59,240 bases of DNA, from positions 1 through 59,240 of the forward strand of contig SLOM01000098.1 of the NCBI GenBank assembly GCA_007132505.1, given 5' to 3'. Below the pieces are notes generated by a model. That model made no database searches, was not told the DNA's origin, and saw nothing but the letters and a program-made list of their open reading frames with translations. The position numbers and the translations under genes are program-made. Numbering within the stretch: position 1 is the stretch's first letter; every line of letters begins with the position of its first letter. Below, piece by piece: positions 57,591-59,240 of the stretch. The stretch is from Candidatus Sumerlaeota bacterium. GTDB lineage: Bacteria > Sumerlaeota > Sumerlaeia > SLMS01.

Positions 57591-58628
57591 TCAGTTCCCG
57601 TACTCGATCTTGCGGCCGAACAATCGGTTCTGCAGCAGAGTCAGCCCCAAAATTATCATGGTCAGGATATACGCAATGGAAGCGGCGTAGCTCAACTTCC
57701 ACTCGCCGGTGAAGCCCTCCTCGTAAAGGTACATCACGAGCGGCCGGGTGCTGCCGTCGGGCCCGCCACCGGGCGTCATCATGAACTGCGGGACGAACAC
57801 CTTGAACGCCCCGATCATGGAGATGATCAGGAGGAAGAAGCTGATCGGGCTGAGGAGCGGGAAAGTGATGGACTTGAACTGCTGCACCGGGTTGGCGCCG
57901 TCAATCGAGGCCGCCTCGTATAGCGTCCGGTCAATATTCTGAAGCCCCGCCAGGAAAATGATCATGAAATAGCCCGTGTCCCGCCAGACCGATGTCATGA
58001 TAATGCTGAACAGGCTCAGCGACGGCCCCGCCACCACGTTGTCCAGCCCAAGCGGCATCGGCGGGACACTGCGATCGAAGACCGGCTCGAAGAAAATCAT
58101 CTCCCAGATGCCCCGCGGCTCGCTCAACCATTCCAGTCTGATCGGGTTTTCGAAGCCGAGCAGGTCAACCGACAGGACGCCCAGAAACCAGTTCCCAAGA
58201 CCGTACTCCCGGTGAAACAGATACCGGAAGACGATCGCAATCGCCACCCACGTGGTGATATACGGCAGGAAATAAACCGTCCGGAAAAGGCCACGCCCCG
58301 CCATCTGCCTGTTCAGCAGGAGTGCCGCCGAGAGCGCCAGCACGAGCGTCGCCGGTACCGAGTAGATAACGTAGTTCGTGGTGTTCCAGAGCGTCTGGAC
58401 AAAGGCCGGATTCTGGAAGGCCTCGATATACTGGCGAAGGCCGACGAAGCGGAACTCCTCCAGCGGCTGGAGCGCCGTGATGTTGCCGAAGCTCATCGCC
58501 AGCGAGACGATCACCGGCAGCAGCCAGAATATGATCAGGATGATTCCGGCGGGAGCCAGATAGGCGTAGGCTTCGAGGTTGTCCCGCAACTTTCGCCGGG
58601 TTGCCGCGCTCATTCCTTGTCCGTGCAC
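57591..58628 (-). CDS. Carbohydrate ABC transporter permease (MalF-like)
   Basis: EAA loop EAASIDGANPVQQFKSITFPLLSP. Six TM segments. Confidence 0.8.
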   Translation of the reverse strand: MHGQGMSAATRRKLRDNLEAYAYLAPAGIILIIFWLLPVIVSLAMSFGNITALQPLEEFRFVGLRQYIEAFQNPAFVQTLWNTTNYVIYSVPATLVLALSAALLLNRQMAGRGLFRTVYFLPYITTWVAIAIVFRYLFHREYGLGNWFLGVLSVDLLGFENPIRLEWLSEPRGIWEMIFFEPVFDRSVPPMPLGLDNVVAGPSLSLFSIIMTSVWRDTGYFMIIFLAGLQNIDRTLYEAASIDGANPVQQFKSITFPLLSPISFFLLIISMIGAFKVFVPQFMMTPGGGPDGSTRPLVMYLYEEGFTGEWKLSYAASIAYILTMIILGLTLLQNRLFGRKIEYGN

Positions 58629-58661
58629 CTTGCCATGAAGGCGGGCGGGGGGTGTCCCCGG

Positions 58662-59240
58662 CTACTCGCGCTCCACCATCGTGTGGCTGGGATTGAATCT
58701 TCCATAGACGTCAGGGCTAAGGACGCCGGTGCGTAAGGCATTCGCCACCACAACGTCCAGAAACCGCTCGAGGTTCATGCGGGATGTGTCCCCTTCCTCG
58801 CCACGGAAGGTCTCCACCACGGCGGAGGCGAAGACGGGCATTCCGTCCTCCACTTCGAGACTGCCACCCCGCGCGTGAGAGGGGACGAAGGCCCAGCGTG
58901 CCGGCAGCGCCTCAAGCCGGGAGGCGAGATCCGCGCCCTTACCATCCGCTCCGGCCCAGTCAACATCCACGAGCAGGACCACTTCGCCCGTGGCGAGTGA
59001 CGTTCCGAGCAGTGCCACGAACTCGTCCAGCGTGATGGACCCGTCGCCGAGGGTGAGGTCTTCCCAGTCGCCGCTGCCGGTGAGATAGACAAGGACCAGT
59101 TCTCCCGCGAGCGGCCGGGTGCCGAACTCGCGCACAGCCTGCTCGAGGAAACCGCGCGAGAGGTCCGCGTTGCGCTCCTCAGTCACGTTGTCTCCGAACT
59201 GGCCGAGCATCGGGTCCTCCAGGACTTCGGCCAGTGCGGC
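58662..59240 (-). CDS. Hypothetical protein, C-terminal part (5' end outside the window); caspase-fold-like without the catalytic dyad
   Basis: The frame stays open to the window edge. ELVLVYLTGSG ... ITLDEFVALL ... EVVLLVDVDWAG follows the caspase/CHAT strand pattern (FSGHG ... DaCxSG) with Ser and Trp at the His and Cys positions. Confidence 0.35.
   Translation of the reverse strand, partial: AALAEVLEDPMLGQFGDNVTEERNADLSRGFLEQAVREFGTRPLAGELVLVYLTGSGDWEDLTLGDGSITLDEFVALLGTSLATGEVVLLVDVDWAGADGKGADLASRLEALPARWAFVPSHARGGSLEVEDGMPVFASAVVETFRGEEGDTSRMNLERFLDVVVANALRTGVLSPDVYGRFNPSHTMVERE

Overview
This is a dense, visibly GC-rich chromosomal segment with strong GC3 bias. It comes from a diderm bacterium, judging by lptB, a secretin-type domain, PpiD, and Tat and lipoprotein signals. 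I call about 53 protein genes. I recognise no rRNA, tRNA, CRISPR array, transposase, integrase or phage gene, and the accessory-looking genes match the core genes in composition.

Main content, in order:
- GT2 fragment, a heterodimeric ABC exporter and lptB.
- A secreted TPR protein.
- Two tandem ~1050-aa LTD-CotH paralogues.
- A nine-gene, same-strand osmoprotectant block: MarR-ectABCD-ehuBCDA.
- An orphan secretin-domain protein downstream of mrdA.
- A DUF3800-like gene.
- Housekeeping genes: bcp, GT2, nrdR, trxA, fabI, holA, trmB, pepP-like, tsaC/sua5.
- An orphan pseudopilin.
- A cNMP-domain histidine kinase with a coupled receiver.
- A DASS transporter.
- rrf2-cydAB, ppiD and a DUF4912 protein.
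- fdx-iscX-Rieske-unknown, convergent with ytfE-nnrS.
- A Tat metallophosphoesterase, pncAB, a D-aminoacylase, a CtlX-like hydrolase and two sugar ABC permeases.

I do not see a clear-cut new multi-gene system. The best candidates for undescribed biology are:
1. The tandem LTD-CotH pair, which shares an unassigned C-terminal module.
2. The fused synthesis-plus-import ectoine block.
3. The orphan secretin in the rodA position.
4. The fdx-iscX-Rieske-repeat-protein string beside ytfE-nnrS.
5. The DUF3800-like protein with an amidated N-terminal motif.

All family calls come from by-eye motif recognition. No searches were run.
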